In this document: positions 46,701 through 56,659 of the stretch, piece after piece
Numbering within the stretch: the first letter of the stretch is position 1
Layout of the letters: each line of letters opens with the position of its first letter
Assembly: GCA_964440965.1 (NCBI GenBank)
Contig: CAYYKQ010000001.1
Coordinates: 1 to 60,987 of the forward strand
DNA from: an uncultured Anaerolineae bacterium
GTDB taxonomy: Bacteria; Chloroflexota; Anaerolineae; CAYYKQ01
Reading direction: 5' to 3'
DNA: 60,987 nt
Notes under the pieces: generated by a model
Seen by the model: the letters and a program-made list of their open reading frames with translations, nothing else
What the model was told of the DNA's origin: nothing
The model's database searches: none
Position numbers and translations under genes: made by a program

Positions 46701-49481
46701 CTGCCCGACGGGTGGATAAGTGGAACGATCGAGTTAGAGTTCGAGGGTATCAGCCATGACTTCGACTGCAGGGAGCCGGCCGAACAGGGCGGAACTGCCA
46801 ATGACTGCAAGGTTGAGGTGACGTTCACCCAGTCCCCTGAGCTTCAGATCAAGTTTCTTCTGTATTCATGGATTGACCTTGATCTCAATAAACACTATCC
46901 TAACAGCAATGATCTGGCTGAATTAGCCAAGGAAATCATGTCCATCTTCCCCATTCCCAAACTAGATTTCGAGATAGGCGTTGGAAGCACTTGGATTGGT
47001 ACCGGTCCACCAAGCACAGACTCTGACTTTAAGCAGATAAACCTGAGCACAAGTACGATACGCGCGACCGACGGTTGTTTCACAACATGGCCTGTGAACT
47101 GTAAACGGTACTATCTGACTGTGCTGGTTGACCCGCCAAAAGAAGGCACTATGGGAACAGCTACAATTGGTTCCGAGGTAGCTGTGGCCTATGTGGATGT
47201 TAACCGCACACCATCTCACGAACTCGGTCACTGTGCCGGTCGCAAACATACGAAGTGTAAAGGTGATGAAGACGATCCGGACGACAACTATCCGTATTAT
47301 CCGGGCGGTAGAATCAACCCCCCGTCTCGTTGGTTTTATTCACAATGGGATGAAGAAACCTTCTTTGGCTTCGATATCTACACAAAGGCAATCTATCACG
47401 AAACTACCGGCGATTTGATGAGCTACTGTGACCCTAGATGGCCTTCGGACTACACGTACGAGGGTATTCGCGAGCATCTGGCGGATCATTTCGGAGCGGC
47501 CTCTCTTTCCTCTCCCTCGTTGGTCCTGATGGCTGAGGAACCCGCCATTCTGGTCAGCGGTGTCGTCACCCCCGCCACAAGCAGTGGCAGGATAGCGTCG
47601 GTGCTTAATATCGAGTCCCCGGCTCCTGTCCCCGCTCCAGAGCCTGGCCCGTACGTGATCCGCTTTGAAGATGGTCTGGGGAATGAGCTGGCCTCGTACA
47701 GCTTTGAGCCTGACTTTATGGTGGCGTTTTGCAGACAGTGTGCCGATGACAGCGAGAACCGGATTGGGACCTTCGTATTGCTCCTGCCATGGGACTCGCG
47801 TACCGCCCGCATTGTGTTGTTACATAACGGGCAAGAATTGGATTCCCGCCTTGCATCGGCTCACGCGCCTACGGTGACGGTGCTGTACCCCAATGGTGGA
47901 GAGTTCCTGAGCGGCTCCACCGCAACACTCGGTTGGACTGCCCATGATCCGGACGGCGAGCCGCTGGAGTATCTGGTCCAGTACAGCACCGATGGCGGAG
48001 CAAGCTGGCAGACCCTGGTGACGAATTGGACTTCGACCACCTATGAGCTTAACTTGGGCATGATAGCCGGTACCGACCAGGGATTGCTGCGCGTATTGGC
48101 CAGCGATGGATTCCACACCGCCCAGGACCAGTCTGATGGAACGTTCAGCGTTGCCAAGCATCCCCCTCAGGCAAACATCTGGTCTCCAGAAGACAACACG
48201 CTGTACGTAGGCAATCAAACCATTACCTTGGAAGGCTATGCATATGACAATGAAGACGGGTTGCTAAGCGATGTGGCACTGAGTTGGAGTTCCAACCTAG
48301 ATGGCATTCTGGGCACAGGAAGCTCTCTAGCAGTCGTCGCCTCTACGCTAACGGAAGGCATCCACATCATCACTCTCATGGCACAAGATAGCGATGGACA
48401 AGTTGGTACAGACACTGTCACTGTCCAAGTCTACAGAGAAAGGCCCACATTGCCCCCCAACCTAGCAGTCGCGCCTATGACATTACTCTTCACCGCTGTG
48501 GAAGGCGGCGGACAAACTGCCGAGCAGGTTATCTCGATTCGAAACAGCGGTGACGGCCAACTGATGTGGTCGGCGGTCGTTGATCGGTCCTGGATTCTGG
48601 CAAGCCCCTTGGAAGGCACCGCTCCAAGCGAAATCTCTGTCGCCGTAGACCCAACAGGCCTGCCAGCCGGGGAATATACCGGTAAAATCACTATCACAGC
48701 TCCAGGAGCCGCCAACAGTCCGCAAACTGTTCGGATTGCACTATACGTTCAAAAACAGTACACCATCTACCTCCCCCTCATCCTGAAAAACTACCGCCCC
48801 GGCCCCCAGCCACCTATCACTCCCACACCCACCCCGACGCCTCCGACCAGGTCTTTTCCCGCTCCTGCAGGCACGCAACCAAACGGCTTGGCATGGGATG
48901 GGAGCCATCTGTGGATGTCCTCCTACATGGCGAACGGGGGGATATACATGTTGGAGCCATCGGACGGTTCGGTATTGAAGATGTGCACGCCCCCAACGGC
49001 TCAATATGGAGGGTACGGTGGCCTGGCATTCGATGGAACCTACCTCTGGCAGGCCGATTCCTACGGCGGAGGGATCTACAAGCTGAACACTGCTGACTGC
49101 TCCGTGGTCTCCACCATTCCAAGCCCCGACATGTACCTTAATGACCTGGCATGGGATGGCAATTATCTCTGGGTGTGCGGATATACGTCGGGAAAGCTGT
49201 ATAAACTGGAACCCAGCGACGGCTCAATAGTGGCCGAATTCGACATCCAAGGGGAAGGCCTCACATACGATGGGACTTATCTGTGGCTGTCCCAGGGCAG
49301 CAGGATCCTCAAAATCAACCCCTTAAATGGACGGGTGATCTCCTCTATGCAGACCCCATTTTCGCGCCCTGAGAGCCTGGCATGGGATGGCGAATACCTA
49401 TGGGTTGCCTCCTTTGATGAGGCGATGATTTATCGCATCGACGTCGGGACCTTGACGTCCTCGCCCGCTTTAGAGCGCTAA
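43794..49481 (+). CDS. Giant mosaic secreted/surface protein
   Basis: - Signal: [30 protein letters not shown].
- Internally duplicated Cys-rich module.
- PbH1-type beta-helix repeats (about 45.45-46.0 kb).
- Three TSP3-type units [34 protein letters not shown] (46.12-46.44 kb).
- Zincin motif [12 protein letters not shown] (47217).
- BNR motif STDGGASW.
- [10 protein letters not shown] followed by a PT linker.
- LAWDGxYLW propeller, glutaminyl-cyclase-like.
- An alternative start at 43659 is possible. Confidence 0.8.
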   Translation: MKSCGIDLKQWVPLLILGLLVTAALLPAFAMDGDRPTVVSSWLTITPSIDGVIAGGEWEDATFVDISSGGREAYAYFKNDGDWLYVAIDAVFDEAYEGDPYSWWDEVRITFDAGNDGNLLSDWLVKFGAPAAKGVAELLSPWGICHHMVVESGLGAVNDAAGNVQYELKIPLHVDEPGLEGPLVGNPGESAGMVIDVADHCAFGGCQNRLLYPADAQIPMYYEFDCIDGPDPIVQTWAVLQVGSPECCPCELTTRDITAELGYPNPARHTDIIVKFSAACSDTVCGLVAGCSYPWVHIKGCGIHGIDYYVLAHNPDPYYELSGYVGDYVRLTGVVIEGYGILGDPFISGYDSIERISNCSDCEREYCDPASFTVLLHEPPDTTTDITSDFYRYTKGIYRATVLAGEPGTKTIEVSAPDCPAIERELHLVGGTVCGQVDWGIEWASIQGCDDVVYYVSTDGYGLHDRLEDYDGEWVLLSSVVFEGYVDANTPLISNCDDILEISDCSECYSDKFIDDCTEIDSPGYYKLTYDIHESAAQECIKITASDVTFDGNGHYISAAEIIDGLEDRCAICVGGSGTLSNVIVKNVSIPGDWDIGIRFSGVENGRIEGNSLWRNKDYGILLINSSGIAVVNNDLGYNLDGIFLMDSDGNTITDNTAQGHYSGIGLVRSSGNELLNNTASMNYLGVDLYQESNNNLILSNTVELNLNQGLYIGSDCTGNTISQNFVCSNDQSSQGYADIHAEVLDVNSGTENTCDNTYNWDDIGTTGCTHWCDDWDKDGISDSEDNCPYDPNPDQSDMDGDGIGDVCDSDKDGDGVPNEDDNCPEVPNPGQGDMDGDGVGDVCDPDKDGDGVPNEDDNCPEVSNPDQSDQDGDGIGDACELELIGLEVTQGIQNLRNSVTLIEGKPTYVRAYVRSNSGTVQYVTAHLIGRRNGAPLPGSPLSPDNIGMSVHVKQNPKRAQLNDSFYFRLPDGWISGTIELEFEGISHDFDCREPAEQGGTANDCKVEVTFTQSPELQIKFLLYSWIDLDLNKHYPNSNDLAELAKEIMSIFPIPKLDFEIGVGSTWIGTGPPSTDSDFKQINLSTSTIRATDGCFTTWPVNCKRYYLTVLVDPPKEGTMGTATIGSEVAVAYVDVNRTPSHELGHCAGRKHTKCKGDEDDPDDNYPYYPGGRINPPSRWFYSQWDEETFFGFDIYTKAIYHETTGDLMSYCDPRWPSDYTYEGIREHLADHFGAASLSSPSLVLMAEEPAILVSGVVTPATSSGRIASVLNIESPAPVPAPEPGPYVIRFEDGLGNELASYSFEPDFMVAFCRQCADDSENRIGTFVLLLPWDSRTARIVLLHNGQELDSRLASAHAPTVTVLYPNGGEFLSGSTATLGWTAHDPDGEPLEYLVQYSTDGGASWQTLVTNWTSTTYELNLGMIAGTDQGLLRVLASDGFHTAQDQSDGTFSVAKHPPQANIWSPEDNTLYVGNQTITLEGYAYDNEDGLLSDVALSWSSNLDGILGTGSSLAVVASTLTEGIHIITLMAQDSDGQVGTDTVTVQVYRERPTLPPNLAVAPMTLLFTAVEGGGQTAEQVISIRNSGDGQLMWSAVVDRSWILASPLEGTAPSEISVAVDPTGLPAGEYTGKITITAPGAANSPQTVRIALYVQKQYTIYLPLILKNYRPGPQPPITPTPTPTPPTRSFPAPAGTQPNGLAWDGSHLWMSSYMANGGIYMLEPSDGSVLKMCTPPTAQYGGYGGLAFDGTYLWQADSYGGGIYKLNTADCSVVSTIPSPDMYLNDLAWDGNYLWVCGYTSGKLYKLEPSDGSIVAEFDIQGEGLTYDGTYLWLSQGSRILKINPLNGRVISSMQTPFSRPESLAWDGEYLWVASFDEAMIYRIDVGTLTSSPALER

Positions 49482-49563
49482 GTTAACGGCGAAGTTACCG
49501 CCGAGAATCCTGAAGGCTACCCTCGCTCCATTGAGCTGGGGGAATCGGTCAGAGGAAAAGGCC

Positions 49564-50964
49564 ATGAAAACGACCCTGATCTATGCCGGCATCGCCGGCT
49601 ACGGCTTTAAAAGCCTGGGAAAGGGGATGGAGGCGGGGTGGATAAGCCACGGCCTAGCCCATCTCTCCAGCGCCGCCAAGGCCCGAGGCTTTGAGGTCGA
49701 CCTCATCGATCTGAGGGGGCTGGAGAGCTGGGAACACTTCCGCCAGGTGCTCGCTGAGCGCGACCCCCACGTGGTGGGCCTCACCATGATGAGCGTGGAC
49801 TACAGCCCCGTCATGAAGTGCGTGGACATCGTTAAGGAGCTCAACCCCCGCATCCTCACCGTCGTCGGTGGGCCGCACCCCACCCTGATGGTGGATGAGG
49901 TGGCCCAAAACCCCAACATCGATTACATCGTCACCGGCGAGGGGGAGATAACCTTCCCAAAGCTGCTTGAGGCTATCGAGCGGGGTGATCCTCCTAAGGA
50001 GAAGGTGCTCGTCGGTGAGAGGCCCGTCCTGGACGAGCTTCCCTTTCCCGACCGCGACCTCTTCCTGGAGGAGTGGCGCAAGTGGGGTTACGATCTGGAC
50101 TCGCCAGAGGTGCCTTTCGTTCCCGAACTCCCGCCCCCCTTCCTGACCATTATCGCCGCCAGAGGCTGCAAGTACAACTGCAGATTCTGCCAGCCAGCCG
50201 AGCGCATCCTCTTCGGCCGGAAGGTGCGCTCCCGCAGCCCCGGCAACGTCATCGAGGAGTTGAAATTGCTGCGCGACAAATACCATTTCGCCAGCTTCAT
50301 GTTCCACGACGATTGCCTCACCGAGGACAGGAAATGGGTGAAGGAATTCTGTCGGCTCTATAAGGAGGAGGGCTTCACCCAACCCTTCGCCTGCCAATCG
50401 CGAGCGGATATCATCGTCCGCCATGAGGATATGGTGGAGCTCATGGCCGACACCGGATGCAAGCTCTATTTCATCGGCTTCGAATCGGGCAACGACAGGG
50501 TGCTGAGGTTCTTACGCAAAGGAACCACGCGGGAGATAAACCTGAAAGCTGCCCGAATCTGCAAAAAGTATGGCATCTCCATCTGGGCCAATTATATGCT
50601 GGGCATTCCCACCGAGACGAAAGAGGAGGTGATGGATACCATCTCCATGCTCAAGGAGATAGACCCCGACTACTACAGCCCGGCCTTCTACACCCCCCAT
50701 CCGGGAAGCGACCTTTACGAGTATTGCATGGAACACGACCTCTCGCTCATCAAGGATCACGCCAGCTATCGGCGCAACCCTACGGAGCCGAAGATCAAGG
50801 GAGTGGACTATGAGTTTCTGATGTGGGCGCTCGAGGAGTCGCGGCGCCGCAAGCCTTGGAACGCCTTCAAGCGCTGGACGCGCCGCAACTGGGAGCGCTA
50901 CGCCAACCCACGGAAAGCCTGGCGGAAGGCGAAGAGGTTAGCAGGTTTTGGAGTGCAAAAATAG
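49564..50964 (+). CDS. B12-binding-domain radical SAM protein
   Basis: N-terminal B12-binding-like Rossmann region, and the CxxxCxxC cluster RGCKYNCRFCQ. ATG 49564 is preferred over the tracked TTG 49531. Confidence 0.85.
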   Translation: MKTTLIYAGIAGYGFKSLGKGMEAGWISHGLAHLSSAAKARGFEVDLIDLRGLESWEHFRQVLAERDPHVVGLTMMSVDYSPVMKCVDIVKELNPRILTVVGGPHPTLMVDEVAQNPNIDYIVTGEGEITFPKLLEAIERGDPPKEKVLVGERPVLDELPFPDRDLFLEEWRKWGYDLDSPEVPFVPELPPPFLTIIAARGCKYNCRFCQPAERILFGRKVRSRSPGNVIEELKLLRDKYHFASFMFHDDCLTEDRKWVKEFCRLYKEEGFTQPFACQSRADIIVRHEDMVELMADTGCKLYFIGFESGNDRVLRFLRKGTTREINLKAARICKKYGISIWANYMLGIPTETKEEVMDTISMLKEIDPDYYSPAFYTPHPGSDLYEYCMEHDLSLIKDHASYRRNPTEPKIKGVDYEFLMWALEESRRRKPWNAFKRWTRRNWERYANPRKAWRKAKRLAGFGVQK

Positions 50965-50992
50965 GCGCACTCCAAAAGCGGAGGAATCCCTA

Positions 50993-53900
50993 ATGAACAT
51001 CTCTAAGATCTGCCGTCTCTCGGAAGAGGTGAAGACTGGAGAGCTTTTGGAGGCAGTCTTCATTGATCAGGCCATCAAAAACCCCGATTCCAAAGAGGCG
51101 GATAGGGAATTCGTCTTGCAGGCTACCTATCCTACTTATCCTTTACGGGCTTTGGTGGAGCATATAGCCCAGAAGCTGAGCGGGATACACCCTAAAGGCG
51201 CGGTGGTTGTTCGCGGCGACTACGGAAGCGGCAAATCTCACGCCCTTTTGGCCCTTTATCACCTGGCCTCAGCAGGAGAAGAAGCGGGGAGATGGCTGGA
51301 GCGGTGGAAAATCAGCGCCCGCTTCCCTCACACCAAAGCAGCCCTAGTGCAATTGGTCGCCGAGCAGCCGGAGACGCTTTGGGAACTCCTCTTCGAGCGG
51401 GCTGGCAGGCCGGAGCTGAACCAGGAGGTGCGCAGCTATCCCACCAGGGAGCAATGGGCCGCCCTCGCCTCCGAGGCCCCCGCGCTGCTCATCATTGACG
51501 AGCTGGAGCTCTGGTTCGGCCAGTTGGCCAACGGCCTCCCGAAGGAGCGCACTAAGGCCGCCTTGCAAAACCTCCTGGAGGCCGCGAACCTGCCCGATGT
51601 CCCGCTTGCGGTGGCCATCTCCGTCTACGGGCGCGACCTTGCCCTTATGGGCATCATTAACCGAACCCAGCCTCCATCGTGGGATGTGGGGACGGCGGAG
51701 GATCGCGACAAAATCGTGCGCCATCGCCTGGTGGAGGCCATAGACGAAGGGAAAGCCAATGCAGTTATCGCCCGTTATACCAAAGCCTACCAGGAAGCCC
51801 AATCCGAACTGCCCCTCATCTCCTCCCGCCTGGCCGACCTCCAAAGGGAAATGCTGGAGACCTATCCCTTCCATCCATCCTTCCTTAGGCAGGCTTTCCA
51901 GGTCTACGCGGCAGCGCCCCACCATGAGAGCACCAGGGGAATCATCTTCCTGGGAGCCACTTTGCTCCGTCGCTACGCCCGCCAACGGGATCTGCTCCTC
52001 ACCGGCGATCTGGACATAACGGACGAAAGCGTGGCCAGCGACCTGCGCAAGCTGGACCCGGACCTGGTAGCCAATGCTCACGAAGATCTGGCTCGGAGGT
52101 GCCAGGGCCTTGACCACGCCAGCGGGATCGTTGGCACCATCCTCCTGCACTCTTTCTCCCCCTACGAGGCCGCCGGTGCTACCAGGGAGGATGTGTTGGT
52201 GGGCAACTTCCGCCCCACCCTCAACATCACTGACCTTCAGAGCCAGATTGACGCCGTCTTCCAGGAAGCCTGGTTCATTGATGAGATAGAGGAGAGGTTC
52301 GTCGTCACCAAAGAGGTGGTCCTGCTCAAGAGGATCGAGCAGCAGGCCCGCGCCCTCCTGGAGACCCCAGAGGGCAGGCAGCGGGCCGCCGAGCGCATCA
52401 TGGAGACCCTGCGGGAATTCATGGCCCCGGAAATGGTCTTTCTGTATCCTGAGGACCCCTTACCCGAGGCCCTGGCGGGGAAGGGCTTGAGGTATGTGGT
52501 CTCTTTGAAACCCCTCTCGGAGGAAGATGCCCTGGAGATGCTTCAGGGGCGAGGAAACACCGTTATCTTGATCGCTCCTAAACTCTCGGTGCGAGGCCGC
52601 CTCACCCATGATAGGGAGATGCTCCTTCGGGCTGCGCGGGTGCTGGTGTGCGAGGATCTGCTGGGACGGGGCACCAAGCGCCAAAGCGATGTGCGCCGAC
52701 ACAAGGGGCGCTTCGAGCGCGAATTTAAACAGGCGCTCAGGGAAAGCTACGGGCGCTGGATGCGCATCAGCCGCACCAACGAGCTGGGCGAGGAGCCCGA
52801 GTACGTAGTGCGAGCCATAGGATGTGCCCTTGCCCCTGATGCCATCAAAGGGGCCATCCTCCGGGAAAACGATGTGGAGGTAGTCAAGGGCGGGATAGGG
52901 AAGGTGCTGCGCTACTACGGACGGAGCGCGCCTAAGGGGTCCGAACAAGCCGGGCCAACCTTCGGTCAACTGCGGGAGGAGCTTCGCCGCCACACGGGGT
53001 TACCTATCCTCTTGCAGCCGGAGGACCAATTGGCCGAGGCTCTCCGAAGTATGATACGAGACGAGCATCCCGGCACCGGCGCCATTGTCTCAGTGGGACG
53101 TGCCCTCTATGGCTACGATGCCCGCCCCTTGCCTTCCCTGACCGACGACTCCCGGGTGTGGTTACGAGCCTATGCTCCTGAACCCCCTGCTCCTCAGGAT
53201 GTGAAGCACGCTGTACGACAAGCCTTGGCGGAGTCGGCAACAGAGGGCAGGGCGGTGCAGAGCATTAAGGGCGAGGTGACCTACCATCTAGGGGTCTCCT
53301 CCCGAGATGTCCTGCGAGCCCTGGCGGAGTTGGTCAACGAAATGAATGCGGTGTTGGAGCAGGGCGAGAAGCGCTTCCCGGATGACGGGCACCTATCCAG
53401 CGAGGCTATCGCCGACAATGCCGAGGTCTGGCTCTCCCCTTACGCTCCGCCCGATGACCGGCAGGCACGCGAACGCATCGTGCACCTGGTCACGGCAGCG
53501 GAGCCGGACGGCATCACTTTGGGCGAACTCAAGACCCACCTGAGCCTGGAGGGAATCGAAGAGGCGGCGATCGAACGAGGGGTAAAGCAGCTCCTTCTGC
53601 GCCGTGAAGTGGCGGCTCTGATGGGGGAGCCCGAGGCCCCCACTCTCATCCACGACCCATCATTGCTCACCGACGAGGTGCTTATCAGGCTCCCTGTAGT
53701 GGGGCCACCCCCGCCCCTGCCACCGGAATGGGAACCTTTCTCCCTTTCCCTCGGCCCTTACCGGCTGCTCGACCAATTCCTGCGCGACCTGGAGGCCCGG
53801 TTGCCTGAAGAGGTTCGCATCCGGTCTGCGACCTTCCAAGTTGTCCCCACTGAGGATACGCCAGATCCCATCTTCGGCCGGGACGAAGAACTGGCAGAGT

Positions 53901-54067
53901 TAGCGGAAGTAACGACGCAGCACCAGCTAATTTGCACCCTTGCGCACCCCTCCAGCAAGGCGACTTTCCTCAGCGTCAGCCGGCGGTTAGTGGAGCGCCT
54001 GGAACAGGTGGGTAAAGTGTTATTAAGCGTCGAAGTGTCTGGCGAGGTGCCAAGACATGGCCGTTGA
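50993..54067 (+). CDS. DUF499 / BrxC(PglY)-like P-loop ATPase
   Basis: Walker A VVVRGDYGSGKSHALLALYHL and Walker B ALLIIDELELW, followed by a long helical C-terminal region. SD ggagga precedes ATG 50993. The stop overlaps the next start by 11 nt. Confidence 0.7.
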   Translation: MNISKICRLSEEVKTGELLEAVFIDQAIKNPDSKEADREFVLQATYPTYPLRALVEHIAQKLSGIHPKGAVVVRGDYGSGKSHALLALYHLASAGEEAGRWLERWKISARFPHTKAALVQLVAEQPETLWELLFERAGRPELNQEVRSYPTREQWAALASEAPALLIIDELELWFGQLANGLPKERTKAALQNLLEAANLPDVPLAVAISVYGRDLALMGIINRTQPPSWDVGTAEDRDKIVRHRLVEAIDEGKANAVIARYTKAYQEAQSELPLISSRLADLQREMLETYPFHPSFLRQAFQVYAAAPHHESTRGIIFLGATLLRRYARQRDLLLTGDLDITDESVASDLRKLDPDLVANAHEDLARRCQGLDHASGIVGTILLHSFSPYEAAGATREDVLVGNFRPTLNITDLQSQIDAVFQEAWFIDEIEERFVVTKEVVLLKRIEQQARALLETPEGRQRAAERIMETLREFMAPEMVFLYPEDPLPEALAGKGLRYVVSLKPLSEEDALEMLQGRGNTVILIAPKLSVRGRLTHDREMLLRAARVLVCEDLLGRGTKRQSDVRRHKGRFEREFKQALRESYGRWMRISRTNELGEEPEYVVRAIGCALAPDAIKGAILRENDVEVVKGGIGKVLRYYGRSAPKGSEQAGPTFGQLREELRRHTGLPILLQPEDQLAEALRSMIRDEHPGTGAIVSVGRALYGYDARPLPSLTDDSRVWLRAYAPEPPAPQDVKHAVRQALAESATEGRAVQSIKGEVTYHLGVSSRDVLRALAELVNEMNAVLEQGEKRFPDDGHLSSEAIADNAEVWLSPYAPPDDRQARERIVHLVTAAEPDGITLGELKTHLSLEGIEEAAIERGVKQLLLRREVAALMGEPEAPTLIHDPSLLTDEVLIRLPVVGPPPPLPPEWEPFSLSLGPYRLLDQFLRDLEARLPEEVRIRSATFQVVPTEDTPDPIFGRDEELAELAEVTTQHQLICTLAHPSSKATFLSVSRRLVERLEQVGKVLLSVEVSGEVPRHGR

Positions 54068-55031
54068 CGAGCATTTCATCCAAGAGCTCATCGAAGGAGA
54101 GGATCCGCTCGCCGTCATCTGGCAACAGATGCGGCGAATTTACGCCGTCGAGGATTTCCCCCCTGACCTGAGGGCCTTCATGGACGAGAGGGAGGAGCAG
54201 CTCAACGGGCTGGAACAGGCCGTGTACGATGGCTTCTTCGAGGCCTACGACCAGCTATTGGAAGCTGCCCAGGCCCAGGATGCAGGCTATGTGCTCTCCC
54301 TTTTCGATCGCTGCCCCTTGGTGGTCATCGCCGATTCGCTGAGTGTGCGGGAGGCGGCGCTCCTAGAGAGGCGCTGGGCTGGCGGGGGGTGGGAGGCACA
54401 GATGGAGGGGTTCGCCGTCGTCCCCTTCCCTCCCACAACCGAGAGCCTGAGCCGCCTGCTTCTGGGCACCCAGGGCCCAGCGCTGGGGCGCAACAGACCG
54501 GGATTCGATTACTGCTACGTGGCCGGGCCAGAGCACATCCCCCACATGCCTTCGGCAGGCCCGCTTCTCGTCTGGATGCGCCTGCCGGATACGGCGCTGG
54601 AGGAGGTGACCCTGGCCCAGACCCATACCGTTGCCGATGCCTTTGACCTGACCGTCGAGACCTTGGAGCGCGTGCTGGCGGCTGGGCGGGAGGAAGCCTT
54701 GCTCACCAGCGACCACGGCTACCTTTACGCCCGCTCCCCGGCCCACTACTGGCGGATGCCCCTAAAAGTCGAAGAAGTAGCCCGTTCCACCTTTCCCCGG
54801 GCTAGCCGCTTTCAGGAGGCCGGACACGAACGAGCGCGAGGGCTGAGAAATCACGAGTCGCCCCGGAGGGAACAGCGCTTCTTCGCCTTCACACGGACCC
54901 ACGTGGCCGTGCGGGGCCGCTACTGGTGGGGCACGGCCAGCCCCAACGAAAGATGCACCGCCCACGGAGGGCTGTCCTTCGTGGAGTGTTTGGTGCCGAT
55001 TTTGAGGCTGAGTAGGAGAACCTCCGGATGA
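54057..55031 (+). CDS. Short PglZ-like alkaline-phosphatase-superfamily protein (324 aa)
   Basis: The motif order is that of the PglZ domain: VVIADSLSVRE, then LLTSDHGYLY, then AHGGLSFVECLVPIL. Both ends overlap the neighbouring genes. Confidence 0.55.
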   Translation: MAVDEHFIQELIEGEDPLAVIWQQMRRIYAVEDFPPDLRAFMDEREEQLNGLEQAVYDGFFEAYDQLLEAAQAQDAGYVLSLFDRCPLVVIADSLSVREAALLERRWAGGGWEAQMEGFAVVPFPPTTESLSRLLLGTQGPALGRNRPGFDYCYVAGPEHIPHMPSAGPLLVWMRLPDTALEEVTLAQTHTVADAFDLTVETLERVLAAGREEALLTSDHGYLYARSPAHYWRMPLKVEEVARSTFPRASRFQEAGHERARGLRNHESPRREQRFFAFTRTHVAVRGRYWWGTASPNERCTAHGGLSFVECLVPILRLSRRTSG

Positions 55032-56653
55032 TTGCCGAGGAACTTTTTGAGCTGATTGCCCAAGGCGAGGGCCAGCGGCTTGAATTCAAACGGGGCATCC
55101 CCTCGATCAAGAATTTAGCCTCCACGGTCATTTGCTTCGCCAACGCGGAAGGCGGAAAGATTCTCCTAGGCGTGGATAAGCAGGGGCAAATCGTAGGCTG
55201 TTCTCAATACAACATCCCCGATCTAGTCTCTGGCGTCTATCGAAGCACTGAGCCTCCTATCACCATTGAAATCGAAGAAGTCGCCACCCCTCAAGGGATG
55301 GTCTTAGCAATCCATGTGCCCCGCAGCCCGTTAATTCATGCCACCACTGGAGGCGTCTATCGGAAACGCGTGGGACGTGAGTGTCTACCCCTTTCCCCTC
55401 AGGAGGTCATCGCTCAGCAAGCCGAGCGAGCTACCCTTGACTACAGTGCCCGCTCCCTGGATCAAGCAAGTTATCCCGAGAATGTTGAAACAAGAGCGCT
55501 GGAAGCGATCCGGACGGAAATCGGGCGGCGTAATCCAGCTCTGGCAGCCTATTCGGATTTGGAGCTTCTTCGGAATTTAGGATTGATAAGGAACAACTCT
55601 CTCACCGTCGCCGCCTTGCTGCTCCTGGGGAAATCAGACAGCATTCGCCAGTATCTCCCTCAAGCAGAGGTGTCCTACCTGCGTCAGAAGGGGGAGACAG
55701 AAATCAGCCTTTCCGAGCATTTATACTTACCCCTACCTCTCCTGCTCCAAAGGTTGGAGGAACTCATCGAAGCTGCCAATGAGATGCGCTCCATTCAGTA
55801 CGGCCTTTTGCGCATTGACATCCCCGATTTTCCCAAGCGGGTTTATCGGGAGGCGATTCTTAATGCTGTGAGTCATCGTAATTATGCCCTGCCCGGCAAT
55901 GTGGTCATCCGTCACTTCCCCGACCGTTTAGAGGTGAGTAGCCCTGGGGGATTTCCAACAGGGGTTTCGGTAGCGAATATCCTGCGCCAAATCGTCCCTC
56001 GCAATCGGCTCTTGGCCGATGCCCTGCATCGGATAGGATATGTAGAAAGAGCGGGCATCGGGGTGGATATGATGTTCGAGGAATTGTTGCGCCTGGGTAA
56101 GGAACCCCCGGAGTTCGATGCCCAAGCTCATAGCGTGCGAGTGATTATCCGCAATGCCTCCTTCGATGAGCGATTTGTTAGCTTCGTGGAGGACACCTTG
56201 CGCAGCGGCAAATCCCTTCCCCTTGACTACCTGCTTGTGCTCGCTCATCTGAAGCGCCATCTGGAACTCGACCGCTCAACGGCTGTGGCACTCTTACAGC
56301 GCAGCGACCGGGAGGCAAGCGAAATCCTATCAAGCATGGTGAGGGAGGGCTTCTTGGAGAAACGAGGTGTCAAAAAAGGAGCCGTCTATCACCTTACGAC
56401 AAAAGTCGCCGAAAAATTGGGTCTGCCAAGCAAGAAGGAGCTGATCGAAGCGATCCGCCACGAAGAGATGGTGCTGAGGTATGTGAGGGAAAAAGGCAGC
56501 ATCGGCAATGCGGAATGCCGAGAACTGTGCGGACTCGCCTTAAAACAAGCCTCATACTTGCTGTCCCGAATGGCTAAGTCAGGAAAGCTAATGCCAGTTG
56601 GCGAAAAACGGTGGCGACGCTATGTTCTGCCCACGTCAAAACAGCACGATTAG
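55028..56653 (+). CDS. Schlafen/AlbA_2-domain protein with HATPase_c_4-like and C-terminal winged-helix regions (COG2865-type)
   Basis: N-terminus EGQRLEFKRGIPSIKNLASTVICFANAEGGKILLGVDKQGQIVG. Middle REAILNAVSHRNY...PRNRLLADALHRIGYVERAGIGV. ATGA overlap with the upstream stop. Confidence 0.72.
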   Translation: MIAEELFELIAQGEGQRLEFKRGIPSIKNLASTVICFANAEGGKILLGVDKQGQIVGCSQYNIPDLVSGVYRSTEPPITIEIEEVATPQGMVLAIHVPRSPLIHATTGGVYRKRVGRECLPLSPQEVIAQQAERATLDYSARSLDQASYPENVETRALEAIRTEIGRRNPALAAYSDLELLRNLGLIRNNSLTVAALLLLGKSDSIRQYLPQAEVSYLRQKGETEISLSEHLYLPLPLLLQRLEELIEAANEMRSIQYGLLRIDIPDFPKRVYREAILNAVSHRNYALPGNVVIRHFPDRLEVSSPGGFPTGVSVANILRQIVPRNRLLADALHRIGYVERAGIGVDMMFEELLRLGKEPPEFDAQAHSVRVIIRNASFDERFVSFVEDTLRSGKSLPLDYLLVLAHLKRHLELDRSTAVALLQRSDREASEILSSMVREGFLEKRGVKKGAVYHLTTKVAEKLGLPSKKELIEAIRHEEMVLRYVREKGSIGNAECRELCGLALKQASYLLSRMAKSGKLMPVGEKRWRRYVLPTSKQHD

Positions 56654-56659
56654 CGCAAG

